A program made the position numbers and the translations under genes. Shown here in pieces: positions 47,189 through 57,005 of a stretch of DNA of 64,000 nt (within the stretch, counting starts at the first letter, position 1; each line of letters opens with the position of its first letter). A model generated the notes under the pieces. It was given only the letters and a program-made list of their open reading frames with translations. It made no database searches and was not told where the DNA came from. Source of the stretch: a virus; IMG/VR virus record IMGVR_UViG_3300042197_000966, positions 12,226 to 76,225 of that record. The stretch is one strand, 5' to 3'.

Positions 47189-47353
47189 ATGCCAAGAGGA
47201 ATGATGAGTAAGGTTGACATGCTAGCAAGAGTATATAAAATGAAAACAGCATTACATGATGGAATTTTTATCAGCAAAGGTAAAGATTGGAATGATGGTG
47301 CTAATTATACTCTGGACAGAATACTAGATATTCTAAACGAATACTACACATGA
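47189..47353 (+). CDS. Hypothetical protein, 54 aa (not in the ORF track)
   Basis: MPRGMMSKVDMLARVYKMKTALHDG...DRILDILNEYYT; ATGA-coupled to the next gene. Confidence 0.7.
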   Translation: MPRGMMSKVDMLARVYKMKTALHDGIFISKGKDWNDGANYTLDRILDILNEYYT

Positions 47354-47535
47354 ACCAATCGTCACTCATTTTATTGTTATGTCTGTCGCCACTAGCGATG
47401 GTTTTTATTGTAATGAAGATGGCATTGTGGTTAGGTGAGACAGCATCATTTGCTGCCAAGACAAAAGAACTTGAAAGGATGCAGCATGGTCCATATATTG
47501 TTTGGGACGAAGAGGAGGAAGATGAATGGTCTTAG
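47350..47535 (+). CDS. Small membrane protein with acidic tail
   Basis: Hydrophobic N-terminus; WDEEEEDEW tail. Confidence 0.6.
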   Translation: MNQSSLILLLCLSPLAMVFIVMKMALWLGETASFAAKTKELERMQHGPYIVWDEEEEDEWS

Positions 47536-47696
47536 ATGATTTGTACAGAAGAGTAGAAAGAGCAAGGATCAATCTTTTGATGGAAGAACCATGCCCAATG
47601 TATGAACCAGAATGGGAAAACAATTATGGCACATCGTATGAAAGAAATATCACCAGAAAGATTAATAACACACAAAGAATGTCAGGAGATGATTGA
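47526..47696 (+). CDS. Possible hypothetical protein, 56 aa
   Basis: MVLDDLYRRVERARINLLMEEPCPMYEPEW...; upstream GAGGA; overlaps the next ORF. Confidence 0.45.
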   Translation: MVLDDLYRRVERARINLLMEEPCPMYEPEWENNYGTSYERNITRKINNTQRMSGDD

Positions 47697-47844
47697 TGCT
47701 GCTATACGACAGCACAATCGGAATGCTTCCATTATTTCTATGTGCGTTGGTTGGGTTGTCCTTGCTCTATTTGCTGAAGGATTGCTAAGACTTATTGGAG
47801 TTATACCACCAGTACTACCATGGCTCAACATTACCCTGAAATAA
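47626..47844 (+). CDS. Small membrane protein
   Basis: ECQEMIDAAIRQHNRNASIISMCVGWVVLALFAEGLLRLIG. Confidence 0.7.
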   Translation: MAHRMKEISPERLITHKECQEMIDAAIRQHNRNASIISMCVGWVVLALFAEGLLRLIGVIPPVLPWLNITLK

Positions 47845-47999
47845 TCGGAATTGTTTTCCTATTAGTATTTGCTGCCACGATGTTCTATCAAGGAACATGT
47901 ATTCTCAGAGGACAGCGCGGATACTCACTCAGAGATTATCTAAAGCAGGATAGCACTAATATGCGCCGCAGAATGGAGGAACTACTCAAAGATAAATAA
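47820..47999 (+). CDS. Small membrane protein, 59 aa (not in the ORF track)
   Basis: MAQHYPEIIGIVFLLVFAATMFYQGTCIL...MRRRMEELLKDK. Confidence 0.6.
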   Translation: MAQHYPEIIGIVFLLVFAATMFYQGTCILRGQRGYSLRDYLKQDSTNMRRRMEELLKDK

Positions 48000-48020
48000 C
48001 TAGTAGCTTGGGAAGTTGAC

Positions 48021-48539
48021 ATGGCCGCTGAGTGGTACAAAGAGCAACCAAGGAATAGAAATTTTCTAAATCCAGTTGGTTATCTTTTGAAATTGGATAA
48101 ATTTGAAGGAACGGATTTCTTTTGTCAAAGAGCAAACGTTCCTGATATCACTATGCCAACAACAGAGTTTGCGACAAGATTTCGCAACCTACCTATTATC
48201 CCTGGAGGTGGTGTCACTTTCGGGGATTTTACTGTTCAATTTATTGTTGATGAAGATCTAAAGAATTATTATTCAATTCATAAATGGATGCGCGAGAACG
48301 GCAGAGCAGATGATGACGCCGATACTCCACCAAAAGAAGAATATAGTAATGCTCAACTACACATTGTAACTTCATCATACAATCCCGCATTCATTGTATC
48401 GTTTGAGAATATTTTTCCAGTGTCATTGTCTGGTCTAGAATTCAATGCTACAATGACAGATGTAGAATACATTACTGCTGAAGTTACATTCAAGCATCAG
48501 CGATTTTTTATCCTCAATAAAAACATGAAACCTTTATGA
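48021..48539 (+). CDS. gp3: Tail completion protein gp3-like
   Basis: NFLNPVGY; FFCQRANVP; FIVDEDLKNY; FPVSLSGLEF; TAAATA at 47993. Confidence 0.88.
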   Translation: MAAEWYKEQPRNRNFLNPVGYLLKLDKFEGTDFFCQRANVPDITMPTTEFATRFRNLPIIPGGGVTFGDFTVQFIVDEDLKNYYSIHKWMRENGRADDDADTPPKEEYSNAQLHIVTSSYNPAFIVSFENIFPVSLSGLEFNATMTDVEYITAEVTFKHQRFFILNKNMKPL

Positions 48540-49009
48540 ATTTTGAAACTCTTCGTAATAAATTTGATCAACTACGTGAAGAATGGGCAGAGGATAGCGC
48601 AGTAGATTTTCAGTTCAAGAACAAACAGTATACCACAGATCTTGGACAACTTGCGTTAGACATCCCTTTCCAACACAATAAATACTTAAACCATTACACT
48701 GATATCTCACAGATCAAAACTTCTCTGGAGTTTGAAATCAGAAAGCTTGTAAAAGAAAAACGCGAATACTACAGTGGTGAAGCTGATGCTCGTGTTTACG
48801 CAGAAAAACCTTTTGGCGGAAGAATTCAAACTTCCGAAAAAATGAAGACTTACCTAGAGAGTGATGATGAGATTATCAATCTTGAGGCGAAGATCAAGTA
48901 TCTAGACCAGATGTTATACTGGTTAGATCAGGTTATGAGGCAGATTTCAAACAGAGGGTTTCAGATCAAGAGTGCCATTGAGTGGGAGAAATTTATTAAT
49001 GGACAATAA
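48536..49009 (+). CDS. uvsY: Recombination mediator UvsY
   Basis: IPFQHNKYL; REYYSGEA; ISNRGFQIKSAIEW. Confidence 0.92.
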   Translation: MNFETLRNKFDQLREEWAEDSAVDFQFKNKQYTTDLGQLALDIPFQHNKYLNHYTDISQIKTSLEFEIRKLVKEKREYYSGEADARVYAEKPFGGRIQTSEKMKTYLESDDEIINLEAKIKYLDQMLYWLDQVMRQISNRGFQIKSAIEWEKFINGQ

Positions 49010-50478
49010 TGACCCTCCTATCTGTAAAGAAGAAGAACGAAGTATACGTTACTATCCAATCCACAGAGCCCCATGTTCATATGGAGCTCTCGGATTATTT
49101 TACATTTGAAGTTCCAGAAGCAAAGTTCCTAAAGAAAAATCCTCGTTACAAATATTGGGATGGAACTATTCGTTTGTATTCTCCTGGAACTGGAGAACTA
49201 TATGGTGGGTTGATGAAGCACCTTGAGGTGTGGGCAGCGGAGCGTCAATACACTATACAGTACGAAAAGAATGATTGGTATGGAGATGTTCAAGAAACTA
49301 ATGACTTTGTTTCTCCTGCTGGTATCAAAACCTTTATGGACAAGATCACCAGAGAAGGAATTACTCCAAGAGAGTATCAATACCGTGCTGTCTATGAGGC
49401 GATAAAAAACAACCGTAAGTTACTTCTTTCTCCTACTGGCAGTGGAAAATCTTTGATGATCTATTCCCTCGTCAGATACTATACTGCTACCAACAAGCAA
49501 ACGCTCATCATCGTCCCTACTACGTCCCTCGTAGAACAGATGGTCAATGACTTTAAGGACTATGGGTGGAATGCTGATGATCATGTTCATAAGATTTACT
49601 CTGGTAAAGATAAGAATACTGATAAACCAATTATTATTTCCACTTGGCAATCAATCTATAAGTTTCCTAAGAGATACTTTGATGATTTTGATTGTGTGAT
49701 TGGTGATGAGGCACACCTGTTCAAATCTAAATCACTCACTGGTATTATGACGAAGCTTCATAATGCGAAGTATAGATTTGGTTTCACTGGAACACTTGAT
49801 GGTAGCAAGACACACAAGTGGGTATTGGAAGGTTTGTTTGGTGATTGTGAGCGTGTGACTAAAACTGATGATCTAATCAGAGAGGGTCACCTTTCTAAAT
49901 TTAGGATCAAAGTGTTACTTTGTAAACATGCTCCTCAATATTTTGACACATACCACGATGAAATTGAGTATCTAATACAACATCGTGGAAGAAATAATCT
50001 AATCAAAAATCTTGTCAAAGATATAGAAGGTAATACCCTTGTATTGTTCAACTATGTTGAGAAGCATGGGGAACCACTTTTTGATTTGATAAATAGCACC
50101 ATAGATCCCACCAGGAAAATATTTTTTGTTCATGGTGGAACTGATGTTGAGGACAGAGAGGAAGTCCGTCAAATTACTGAAACTGAAAACAATGCTGTGA
50201 TCATCGCTTCATACGGCACGTTCTCAACTGGTATCAACATCAAAAGACTACACAATATTATATTCGCCTCACCAAGTAAATCGCGGATCAGAAATTTACA
50301 ATCTATTGGACGTGTATTGCGTAAGGGAGAAGGAAAAGATATCGCAACCTTGTATGACATTGCTGATGATATAGGTGGTCAAAATTATACACTGAAGCAT
50401 CTAAACGAAAGAGTTAATATTTACAACGAAGAAAACTTTAAGTATGAGGTCATAAGAGTAAATTTACGAGCAAGTTAA
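49009..50478 (+). CDS. uvsW: SF2 helicase UvsW
   Basis: PTGSGKS; IGDEAH; GFTGT; LQSIGRVLR. Confidence 0.97.
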   Translation: MTLLSVKKKNEVYVTIQSTEPHVHMELSDYFTFEVPEAKFLKKNPRYKYWDGTIRLYSPGTGELYGGLMKHLEVWAAERQYTIQYEKNDWYGDVQETNDFVSPAGIKTFMDKITREGITPREYQYRAVYEAIKNNRKLLLSPTGSGKSLMIYSLVRYYTATNKQTLIIVPTTSLVEQMVNDFKDYGWNADDHVHKIYSGKDKNTDKPIIISTWQSIYKFPKRYFDDFDCVIGDEAHLFKSKSLTGIMTKLHNAKYRFGFTGTLDGSKTHKWVLEGLFGDCERVTKTDDLIREGHLSKFRIKVLLCKHAPQYFDTYHDEIEYLIQHRGRNNLIKNLVKDIEGNTLVLFNYVEKHGEPLFDLINSTIDPTRKIFFVHGGTDVEDREEVRQITETENNAVIIASYGTFSTGINIKRLHNIIFASPSKSRIRNLQSIGRVLRKGEGKDIATLYDIADDIGGQNYTLKHLNERVNIYNEENFKYEVIRVNLRAS

Positions 50479-50479
50479 T

Positions 50480-50878
50480 ATGGAAGAAGAATTTTATGCG
50501 ACACTCAAATTAGTTTCTGGGGAAGAAGTAGTAGCAAGAGTTTGCTATCTTCCCGATGAAGACAAAGTTATGTTGGATAAACCACTAGCAGTTGAAACTG
50601 CCAAACAAAAGAAAGGTCACATGGAAGTGACAGGATTTACTTTAAAAGAATGGATCTCAGCTACATTTGATGATATGTTTATTATCAAACGAGATCACAT
50701 CCTCACCATGACTGAACTGGATGAAACTATTGAAGAGTTTTATTTAAAGACAGTTCAGAAAATTGAAAGCGCCAAAACGCTAGTTGGTAAAGGATCAAAA
50801 CTTCCTAGAAGATCTGGTTATCTGGGGTCTATCAAAGAAGTTAAAAAATCTCTAGAAGATATATTTAATAAAAGCTAA
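50480..50878 (+). CDS. Conserved Sm-like fold hypothetical protein
   Basis: FYATLKLVSGEEVVA; usual position between uvsW and gp55. Confidence 0.75.
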   Translation: MEEEFYATLKLVSGEEVVARVCYLPDEDKVMLDKPLAVETAKQKKGHMEVTGFTLKEWISATFDDMFIIKRDHILTMTELDETIEEFYLKTVQKIESAKTLVGKGSKLPRRSGYLGSIKEVKKSLEDIFNKS

Positions 50879-50905
50879 TATCAACCTTGAACCCTTGACA
50901 GAGTT

Positions 50906-50934
50906 ATTGTACTAAGTTTCTGAGGTTCTGTCAA
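50906..50934 (-). promoter_or_regulatory. Antisense sigma70 promoter TTGACA-N17-TACAAT
   Basis: Minus strand reads TTGACA gaacctcagaaacttag TACAAT. Confidence 0.65.
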
Positions 50935-50940
50935 GCCCCC

Positions 50941-50969
50941 TTTACATTTGAGTATTGCTATGCTACACT
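50941..50969 (+). promoter_or_regulatory. Sigma70 promoter for gp55, TTTACA-N17-TACACT
   Basis: TTTACA tttgagtattgctatgc TACACT with an extended -10 TG. Confidence 0.7.
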
Positions 50970-50993
50970 TGATACAAATGATGTGAGAACACC

Positions 50994-51503
50994 GTGACAT
51001 TCGCAGTAATGACAAGAAAAAAACAAACCGAAAATTACGTTAATAACAAAGAGTTTCTTGCTGCGATCAGTGAGTACCGATCTAAGGTCATTGCTGCGAA
51101 AGAAGCGGGAAAACCACGACCACGAGTAACAAATTATTTGGGTGAATGTTTCTTGAAGATCGCCACACATCTATCATACAAACCAAACTTTGTCAATTAC
51201 ATGTTCCGTGAGGACATGATCTGTGATGGCATTGAAAACTGTCTACAGTATATTGATAACTTTGATCCAGAGAAATCAACAAACCCGTTTGCTTACTTCA
51301 CTCAAATCATTTACTACGCTTTCCTTCGTCGTATTCAGAAAGAAAAGAAACAACTTGAGATCAAAGGAAAGATCCTTGAGCGTTCAGGATATGACGAAGT
51401 AATGCACACTGACACATTTGATGGTACAATGTCTGGTATGAACGCATCCTATTCCGACATGGGTACGATCAAAGAAAGTATTGAAACACGAATGAACCGA
51501 TGA
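50994..51503 (+). CDS. gp55: Late-transcription sigma factor gp55
   Basis: YVNNKEFL; KIATHLSYKPNF; NPFAYFTQIIYYAFLRRI. Confidence 0.96.
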   Translation: MTFAVMTRKKQTENYVNNKEFLAAISEYRSKVIAAKEAGKPRPRVTNYLGECFLKIATHLSYKPNFVNYMFREDMICDGIENCLQYIDNFDPEKSTNPFAYFTQIIYYAFLRRIQKEKKQLEIKGKILERSGYDEVMHTDTFDGTMSGMNASYSDMGTIKESIETRMNR

Positions 51504-51712
51504 GTGATTATGAATGGATTGATGAATGTTTCCGTGTCGAACAGAAACGCTTTGGAACTTGGACTAGCTACGATAAAGAAGATAAGGGCATCCTCACCAC
51601 ACTTAGTAAGGAACACCTTATTGATGCGACCCGTTGGTATCTACGAGCAAAACAAGAAGGGTTCTCTGAACCAACTACTCAATACGATGGAACAGTTGGA
51701 GGTAAATTATGA
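51500..51712 (+). CDS. Hypothetical protein, 70 aa
   Basis: ATGA-coupled on both sides; C-terminal YDGTVGGKL. Confidence 0.75.
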   Translation: MSDYEWIDECFRVEQKRFGTWTSYDKEDKGILTTLSKEHLIDATRWYLRAKQEGFSEPTTQYDGTVGGKL

Positions 51713-52749
51713 AAGTAGCACTAATCACTGATCAACACCTTGATGGACGCAAAGGATCTTTATCATTCTGGAATTATTTTCAGAGGTTTTATGATGAGGT
51801 GTTCTTTCCTACCCTAAAGAAGAAAGGTGTTACTCATGTATTTGATCTTGGCGACACCTTTGACAATCGTAAGTCAATGGACTTCAATACCTTCCATCGT
51901 GTCAAGACAAACTATTTTGATAAACTCCAAGGTTATAAAGTACATATGCTTCTTGGTAATCATTGTACTTATTACAAGAATACCAACCGTATCAACTCAC
52001 CTGAACTCTTACTGGAGCAATATTCAAACATCAGCATTTATGCTTCACCAAAGCATTTTACACTAGGCAGTAAAAAGTTTCTGATGTTGCCTTGGATCAA
52101 CTCAGAGAACCGTGATGAGGTCTTGAAGCTACTTGAAACTTCTGATGCTGATATCTGTTGTGGTCACCTAGAACTTGATGGGTTTGAAGTTACACCTGGC
52201 ATGACAATGGATCATGGTATGGATCCAAAGTTGTTCCATCGTTTCAATCGTGTCTGGTCTGGACATTTCCACCACCGTTCTAAGAAAGGAAACATTCAGT
52301 ATCTTGGCAATCCTTATCAGATGTATTGGAATGATTACAAGGACATCCGTGGATTTCATATTTACGATACTCAAAGTGATAAGCTTGAGTATATCCCAAA
52401 CCCGTTTGAGATCTTTGAAAAGATCACCTATGACGATACAAAGACAGACTACAACAAACAAGATGTGTCTGATTATAAAGACAAGTACATCAAGATCGTC
52501 GTTGATGAAAAGAAAGACTACCAAATGTTTGAAACACTGGTTGATCGTCTTTACAACGTAGGCGTTCATGATGTAAAGATTATTGAAAACCTTGTCGGTG
52601 AAGACAACAAAACCGACATTGAAATGTCCGCAAAAGATACATTAACACTTCTGAATGAATACATTGATGAAGTAGAAATGACCGTAGACAAATCAAATCT
52701 CAAGAGTTTGATGAGAACTCTATATATTGAGAGTTGTAACGTTGTCTAA
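51709..52749 (+). CDS. gp47: Recombination nuclease gp47, Mre11/SbcD-like
   Basis: ITDQH; LGDTFDNR; LLGNH; SGHFH; YLGNPY. Confidence 0.95.
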   Translation: MKVALITDQHLDGRKGSLSFWNYFQRFYDEVFFPTLKKKGVTHVFDLGDTFDNRKSMDFNTFHRVKTNYFDKLQGYKVHMLLGNHCTYYKNTNRINSPELLLEQYSNISIYASPKHFTLGSKKFLMLPWINSENRDEVLKLLETSDADICCGHLELDGFEVTPGMTMDHGMDPKLFHRFNRVWSGHFHHRSKKGNIQYLGNPYQMYWNDYKDIRGFHIYDTQSDKLEYIPNPFEIFEKITYDDTKTDYNKQDVSDYKDKYIKIVVDEKKDYQMFETLVDRLYNVGVHDVKIIENLVGEDNKTDIEMSAKDTLTLLNEYIDEVEMTVDKSNLKSLMRTLYIESCNVV

Positions 52750-52750
52750 C

Positions 52751-53014
52751 ATGTTCATCGTAACCTTGGAAGATCACCCAGATGGCGTCTATTCTGTCTT
52801 TGACGAAGACGAAGACAGAGTTATTCCCATCTTTCAAGAAGAAGATGATGCTGACAGATATCTTATGATGCTAGAAGAAGACCAAGACTATCCTCCAATG
52901 CAGATTGTTGAGGTTGACGACCATGTTATAATAACAGCATGTCAGGAGCGTGGTCATAGATTTACAATCATAACTCCTGATGATTTTTTGATCCCACCCG
53001 ATGATTTAGAATGA
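52751..53014 (+). CDS. DUF3110-like protein
   Basis: IFQEEDDADRYLMML; IITPDDFLIPP. Confidence 0.75.
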   Translation: MFIVTLEDHPDGVYSVFDEDEDRVIPIFQEEDDADRYLMMLEEDQDYPPMQIVEVDDHVIITACQERGHRFTIITPDDFLIPPDDLE

Positions 53015-54741
53015 TTATTTTTAAAAAGATCCGATGGAAAAACTTTCTCTCTACGGGAAATGTTTTTAGTGAAGTGGATTTGCAGGAAGCAAAAACAAAT
53101 TTAATCATCGGTTCCAACGGAGCTGGCAAGAGCACCATTCTGGATGCTCTTACTTTTTCTTTGTTTGGAAAACCATTTCGTAAGATCAACAAGCCACTGC
53201 TGGTTAATAGTATCAACGAAAAAGATTGTCTGACTGAAATTGAATTTAGCATCGGCAAGAATGATTACAAGGTGGTTCGTGGGATCAAACCAAACAAATT
53301 TGAGATCTACTGTAACGATCAGTTGTGGAACCAAGAAAGCACGGTTGTTGATCAGCAGAAGAACTTTGAACAAAACGTTCTCAAACTGAACTACAAATCA
53401 TTCACCCAGATTGTGGTGCTTGGTTCTTCAACATTCGTTCCATTCATGCGTTTACCTCTGGCACAACGCCGTGAGATCATTGAAGATATCCTTGACATTC
53501 AAGTGTTCTCTACGATGAACATTCTTCTCAAGGATAAAGTCCGAGAGAACAATGATGAGATCAAGAACCTTGACTACGAACTTCACCTTCTGGAAGAGAA
53601 GATTGATCTTCAGAAAAAGTATATGCTGGAACTGGAGAAGAAAACACAAGAAGAGATTGACCGTAAGCAAAATAAGATTGCTGTATTGTTAGAAGATGAA
53701 AACACACAGCATCATGAGATTGCGCGTCTGACTTCTGAAGTTGAAAAACATTCTAAAGAAATGGAAGACCTATCAAATTCTTCTTCCAAGCTAAAGAAGT
53801 TAAACACTTTTCTCTTTAAAATTCAATCAAAACTTTCATCTTGTCAGAAAGAACATGCTTTCTTCGCAGAGAACCATGTGTGTCCTACTTGTACTCAAGA
53901 TCTGAGTGAAGAATTTAGACAGAATAAAATTGCTGAGGGTGAGGGTGAATTAAATAATCTTCAGACTGGTATTGAAGATCTGCTGGATGCCATCGCAAAA
54001 GAAGAGGAGCGAGAAAATGAATTCGCAAGACTATCAAAAATTATACTTGGCTTCAACTCTTCTATTACTCAAGCGAATTATCAGATTACTTCCATACGAA
54101 AAACAATCAGTGATATAGAAACCGAGATCAAAGAACTGGAAGAAACGAACCCAGACAAGAAAGCAGAGTTCGTCAAACTTGAAGGACTTGTTACAAATAA
54201 AAAAGATTTGACCAAGACCTTTGCTGACTACAAGAAAGAACGTGATACACTGTTGGTAGCATCGCAGTTGTTGAAAGATAACGGGATCAAGACCAGGATT
54301 ATCAAAACCTATCTCCCAGCGATGAACCAATTGATCAATCAATATCTTCAACGTATGGATTTCTATGTGAATTTCACACTGAATGAAAACTTTGAAGAGA
54401 TCATCAAATCCAGATACCGTGATGTGTTTTCCTATGATAGTTTCAGCGAAGGAGAGAAAGCTAGAATTGATATTGCTCTGTTGCTTACTTGGCGTTCTAT
54501 TGCTAAACTTAAGAATAGCGTGGATACTAATCTTCTAATCTTAGATGAGATCTTTGATAGTTCTTTGGATCAACAGGGTGGCAGTGATCTTGGATGGATC
54601 CTTCGTAACTTTGATGAAAAAACAAATGTTTATGTCATTTCTCACAGAGAACAACTGGAAGGAAAGTTTGACAGAACGCTGACAGCGGTGAAGGAAAAGA
54701 ACTTCTCCGTGATCCAAGAGACAGTTTCTGAACTGGAATAG
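53011..54741 (+). CDS. gp46: Recombination ATPase gp46, Rad50/SbcC-like
   Basis: GSNGAGKST; zinc hook CPTC; FSEGEKARID; LILDEIFD. Confidence 0.96.
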   Translation: MIIFKKIRWKNFLSTGNVFSEVDLQEAKTNLIIGSNGAGKSTILDALTFSLFGKPFRKINKPLLVNSINEKDCLTEIEFSIGKNDYKVVRGIKPNKFEIYCNDQLWNQESTVVDQQKNFEQNVLKLNYKSFTQIVVLGSSTFVPFMRLPLAQRREIIEDILDIQVFSTMNILLKDKVRENNDEIKNLDYELHLLEEKIDLQKKYMLELEKKTQEEIDRKQNKIAVLLEDENTQHHEIARLTSEVEKHSKEMEDLSNSSSKLKKLNTFLFKIQSKLSSCQKEHAFFAENHVCPTCTQDLSEEFRQNKIAEGEGELNNLQTGIEDLLDAIAKEEERENEFARLSKIILGFNSSITQANYQITSIRKTISDIETEIKELEETNPDKKAEFVKLEGLVTNKKDLTKTFADYKKERDTLLVASQLLKDNGIKTRIIKTYLPAMNQLINQYLQRMDFYVNFTLNENFEEIIKSRYRDVFSYDSFSEGEKARIDIALLLTWRSIAKLKNSVDTNLLILDEIFDSSLDQQGGSDLGWILRNFDEKTNVYVISHREQLEGKFDRTLTAVKEKNFSVIQETVSELE

Positions 54742-54797
54742 GGGTGCCTCCAAGGGGGTGCCCCTCTTGCTATGCTTATCACATCAGCAAAAAACCG

Positions 54798-56954
54798 ATG
54801 ACCCGCCAAGAAATCAAGGGCAACCTTGCCCGCCTGCTCGCTACTGAAAACCTCGTTGTAGAGCACCGTAACTGCCCTACAGCGTCCTTCAACGTTGAGA
54901 CCCGTGTGCTGACCCTCCCAAACTGGGACCGTGCTTCCAGCATCGTATATGATATGCTGGTGGGTCATGAGGTGGGACACGCTCTCTTCACCCCCAACGA
55001 GGATTGGACTGCCAAGGCAGAATGCCCTAAAGACTTCATCAACGTGATTGAGGATGCTCGTATTGAGAAGCTGATGAAGCGTAAGTATCCTGGTCTGCGT
55101 AAATCTTTTGCTGGTGGTTATCAAGAACTGAATGCCCAGGATTTCTTTGATATTGCTGGTGATGATCTGAATACTTATAGCTTGATTGACCGTATTAATC
55201 TTCACTTCAAGATTGGTGCTGGTGCCTTCATTCCTTTCTCTGTTGATGAGCAAGTGTTTGTTGCTCGTACCGAAGAAGCAGAGAACTTTGATGAAGTGCT
55301 CCAGATTGCTGTAGATGTTTATAACTTCAGCAAGCAAGAGAAAGAACAAGAGAAAGTAGATGCCAACATTGATGTTGAGCAAACCACTCAAGGTGGGGGT
55401 GGTATGACCCAATCTGGGGGTGATAATGAAACCGAGGGTGATGCTGATGATGACCAACCCTCCAGCAACTCTGATCAGCAGGGTCAGCAAACTGGTGGTG
55501 CTACTCAACCGAAAGGTGAGGATGCTGATGATGCTGGTGATGAAGGTGACGATGAGAGTTCCCAAACTCAAGATGCCTTTGATCGTGCTGCTGAGCGTCT
55601 GACCAATACCTTCTCTGGTGGCAACACTTACTATGTTGAGATCCCCGACAATGTGGTTCTTGATGAGTATGTTGCTGACTGGACCGAAGTTCATGACTGG
55701 ATTGATGAGCAGCGTGAAGGTCTCAATGATATTCTGCTTAAGACTGCTTACGACGGTGTTGATGCTGACTATCAATCTTTCCGCAAGCAATCTCAGAAAG
55801 AAGTGAATTACCTTGTGAAGGAGTTTGAATGCCGTAAGTCTGCCGATGCTTATGCTCGTGCTGGTGTTTCCAAGACTGGTGTTCTAGACACTACCAAGCT
55901 TCATACTTATCTTTACAACGAAGATATTTTCAAAAAGGTTACGATCCTTCCTGATGGCAAGAACCATGGTCTGCTGTTTCTGCTTGACTGGTCTGGTTCC
56001 ATGCAGCGTGAGATCTTTGCTACTGTCAAACAACTTTTGAACCTTACTGCCTTCTGTAAGAAAGTTCAGATCCCGTTTGAGGTGTATGCCTTTACCAACG
56101 ATTACTTCCCTGTCCGTCGTATCAAGCAAGGCAAAGATCAATACATCTCCAATGATGAATACTTTGCTGCCAACGGTTGCCACGAAAACAAAATCTATCT
56201 CCAGAAAGGTATGTTCCATCTGGTAAATTTTGTTTCTTCTCGTTCTAACGGTAAGGACTATGAGCGTATGTGTCGTAATCTTTTCCGAGAAGCATACACC
56301 TACACTTACCACACTTACTACAGTGCTACTACTGGTCTTGGTTTGTCTGGCACTCCTCTGAACGAGGGTATCATCATGCTCAACTACATCATCCCGCAGT
56401 TCAAGAAACAGAACGATCTTCAGAAAGTGAATGTCTGTATTCTCTCTGATGGTGAAGCTTGCCAGACTTCCTATGGTCGCAAACTGTATGATGAATACCG
56501 TGATCATTCTTATGTTCGCCCCCGCCGTTTGGACAACGGCACTTGCCTGCGAGATCGTCAGACTGGTCGTGTCTATAAAGCATTTGAAGGATGGGATGGT
56601 AATACCAATACCTTCATTCAGCAACTGCGTGACCGTAACCCTGGCGTGAATGTGTTGGGTTTCCGTATTCTCTCTGGTTCCCAACTTTCTAACTTTGTCT
56701 GCTCGTATGCCGACGTTGCTTATTACAGCGAAGTCCAGAAGCAGTGGAAGAAAGAAAAGTCTGCCATCATTCCTTGCCCTAAAGCATTCACTGCTTTGTA
56801 TGCGATCTCTAACAATTCTCTTGATGAAACTTCTGCCTTTGATGTAGAGAGTGGAGCGAAAAAAGGCGATATCACTAAAGCCTTCAAGAAGATGCTGAAT
56901 TCCAAATCCACTAATAAGAAACTTCTGAACTCTTTTGTCGCCTATGTTGCTTGA
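54798..56954 (+). CDS. CobT-like protein (HExxH metallopeptidase-like N-terminus, acidic linker, vWA domain)
   Basis: GHEVGHAL; NVIEDARIE; MIDAS motif LDWSGSM; GTPLNE; LSDGEA. Confidence 0.85.
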   Translation: MTRQEIKGNLARLLATENLVVEHRNCPTASFNVETRVLTLPNWDRASSIVYDMLVGHEVGHALFTPNEDWTAKAECPKDFINVIEDARIEKLMKRKYPGLRKSFAGGYQELNAQDFFDIAGDDLNTYSLIDRINLHFKIGAGAFIPFSVDEQVFVARTEEAENFDEVLQIAVDVYNFSKQEKEQEKVDANIDVEQTTQGGGGMTQSGGDNETEGDADDDQPSSNSDQQGQQTGGATQPKGEDADDAGDEGDDESSQTQDAFDRAAERLTNTFSGGNTYYVEIPDNVVLDEYVADWTEVHDWIDEQREGLNDILLKTAYDGVDADYQSFRKQSQKEVNYLVKEFECRKSADAYARAGVSKTGVLDTTKLHTYLYNEDIFKKVTILPDGKNHGLLFLLDWSGSMQREIFATVKQLLNLTAFCKKVQIPFEVYAFTNDYFPVRRIKQGKDQYISNDEYFAANGCHENKIYLQKGMFHLVNFVSSRSNGKDYERMCRNLFREAYTYTYHTYYSATTGLGLSGTPLNEGIIMLNYIIPQFKKQNDLQKVNVCILSDGEACQTSYGRKLYDEYRDHSYVRPRRLDNGTCLRDRQTGRVYKAFEGWDGNTNTFIQQLRDRNPGVNVLGFRILSGSQLSNFVCSYADVAYYSEVQKQWKKEKSAIIPCPKAFTALYAISNNSLDETSAFDVESGAKKGDITKAFKKMLNSKSTNKKLLNSFVAYVA

Positions 56955-56979
56955 CAACCCTTTTTTCTTCCTATATAAT
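56951..56979 (+). promoter_or_regulatory. Perfect sigma70 promoter TTGACA-N17-TATAAT
   Basis: Exact consensus upstream of the ORF at 57006. Confidence 0.9.
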
Positions 56980-57005
56980 AACGTTAATTCACTGACGCCC
57001 TAATC

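Noticed and set aside
37341-50478. Introns or inteins in gp17, gp20, gp23 or uvsW
   Set aside because: The ORFs are continuous and of normal length with no splicing motifs.
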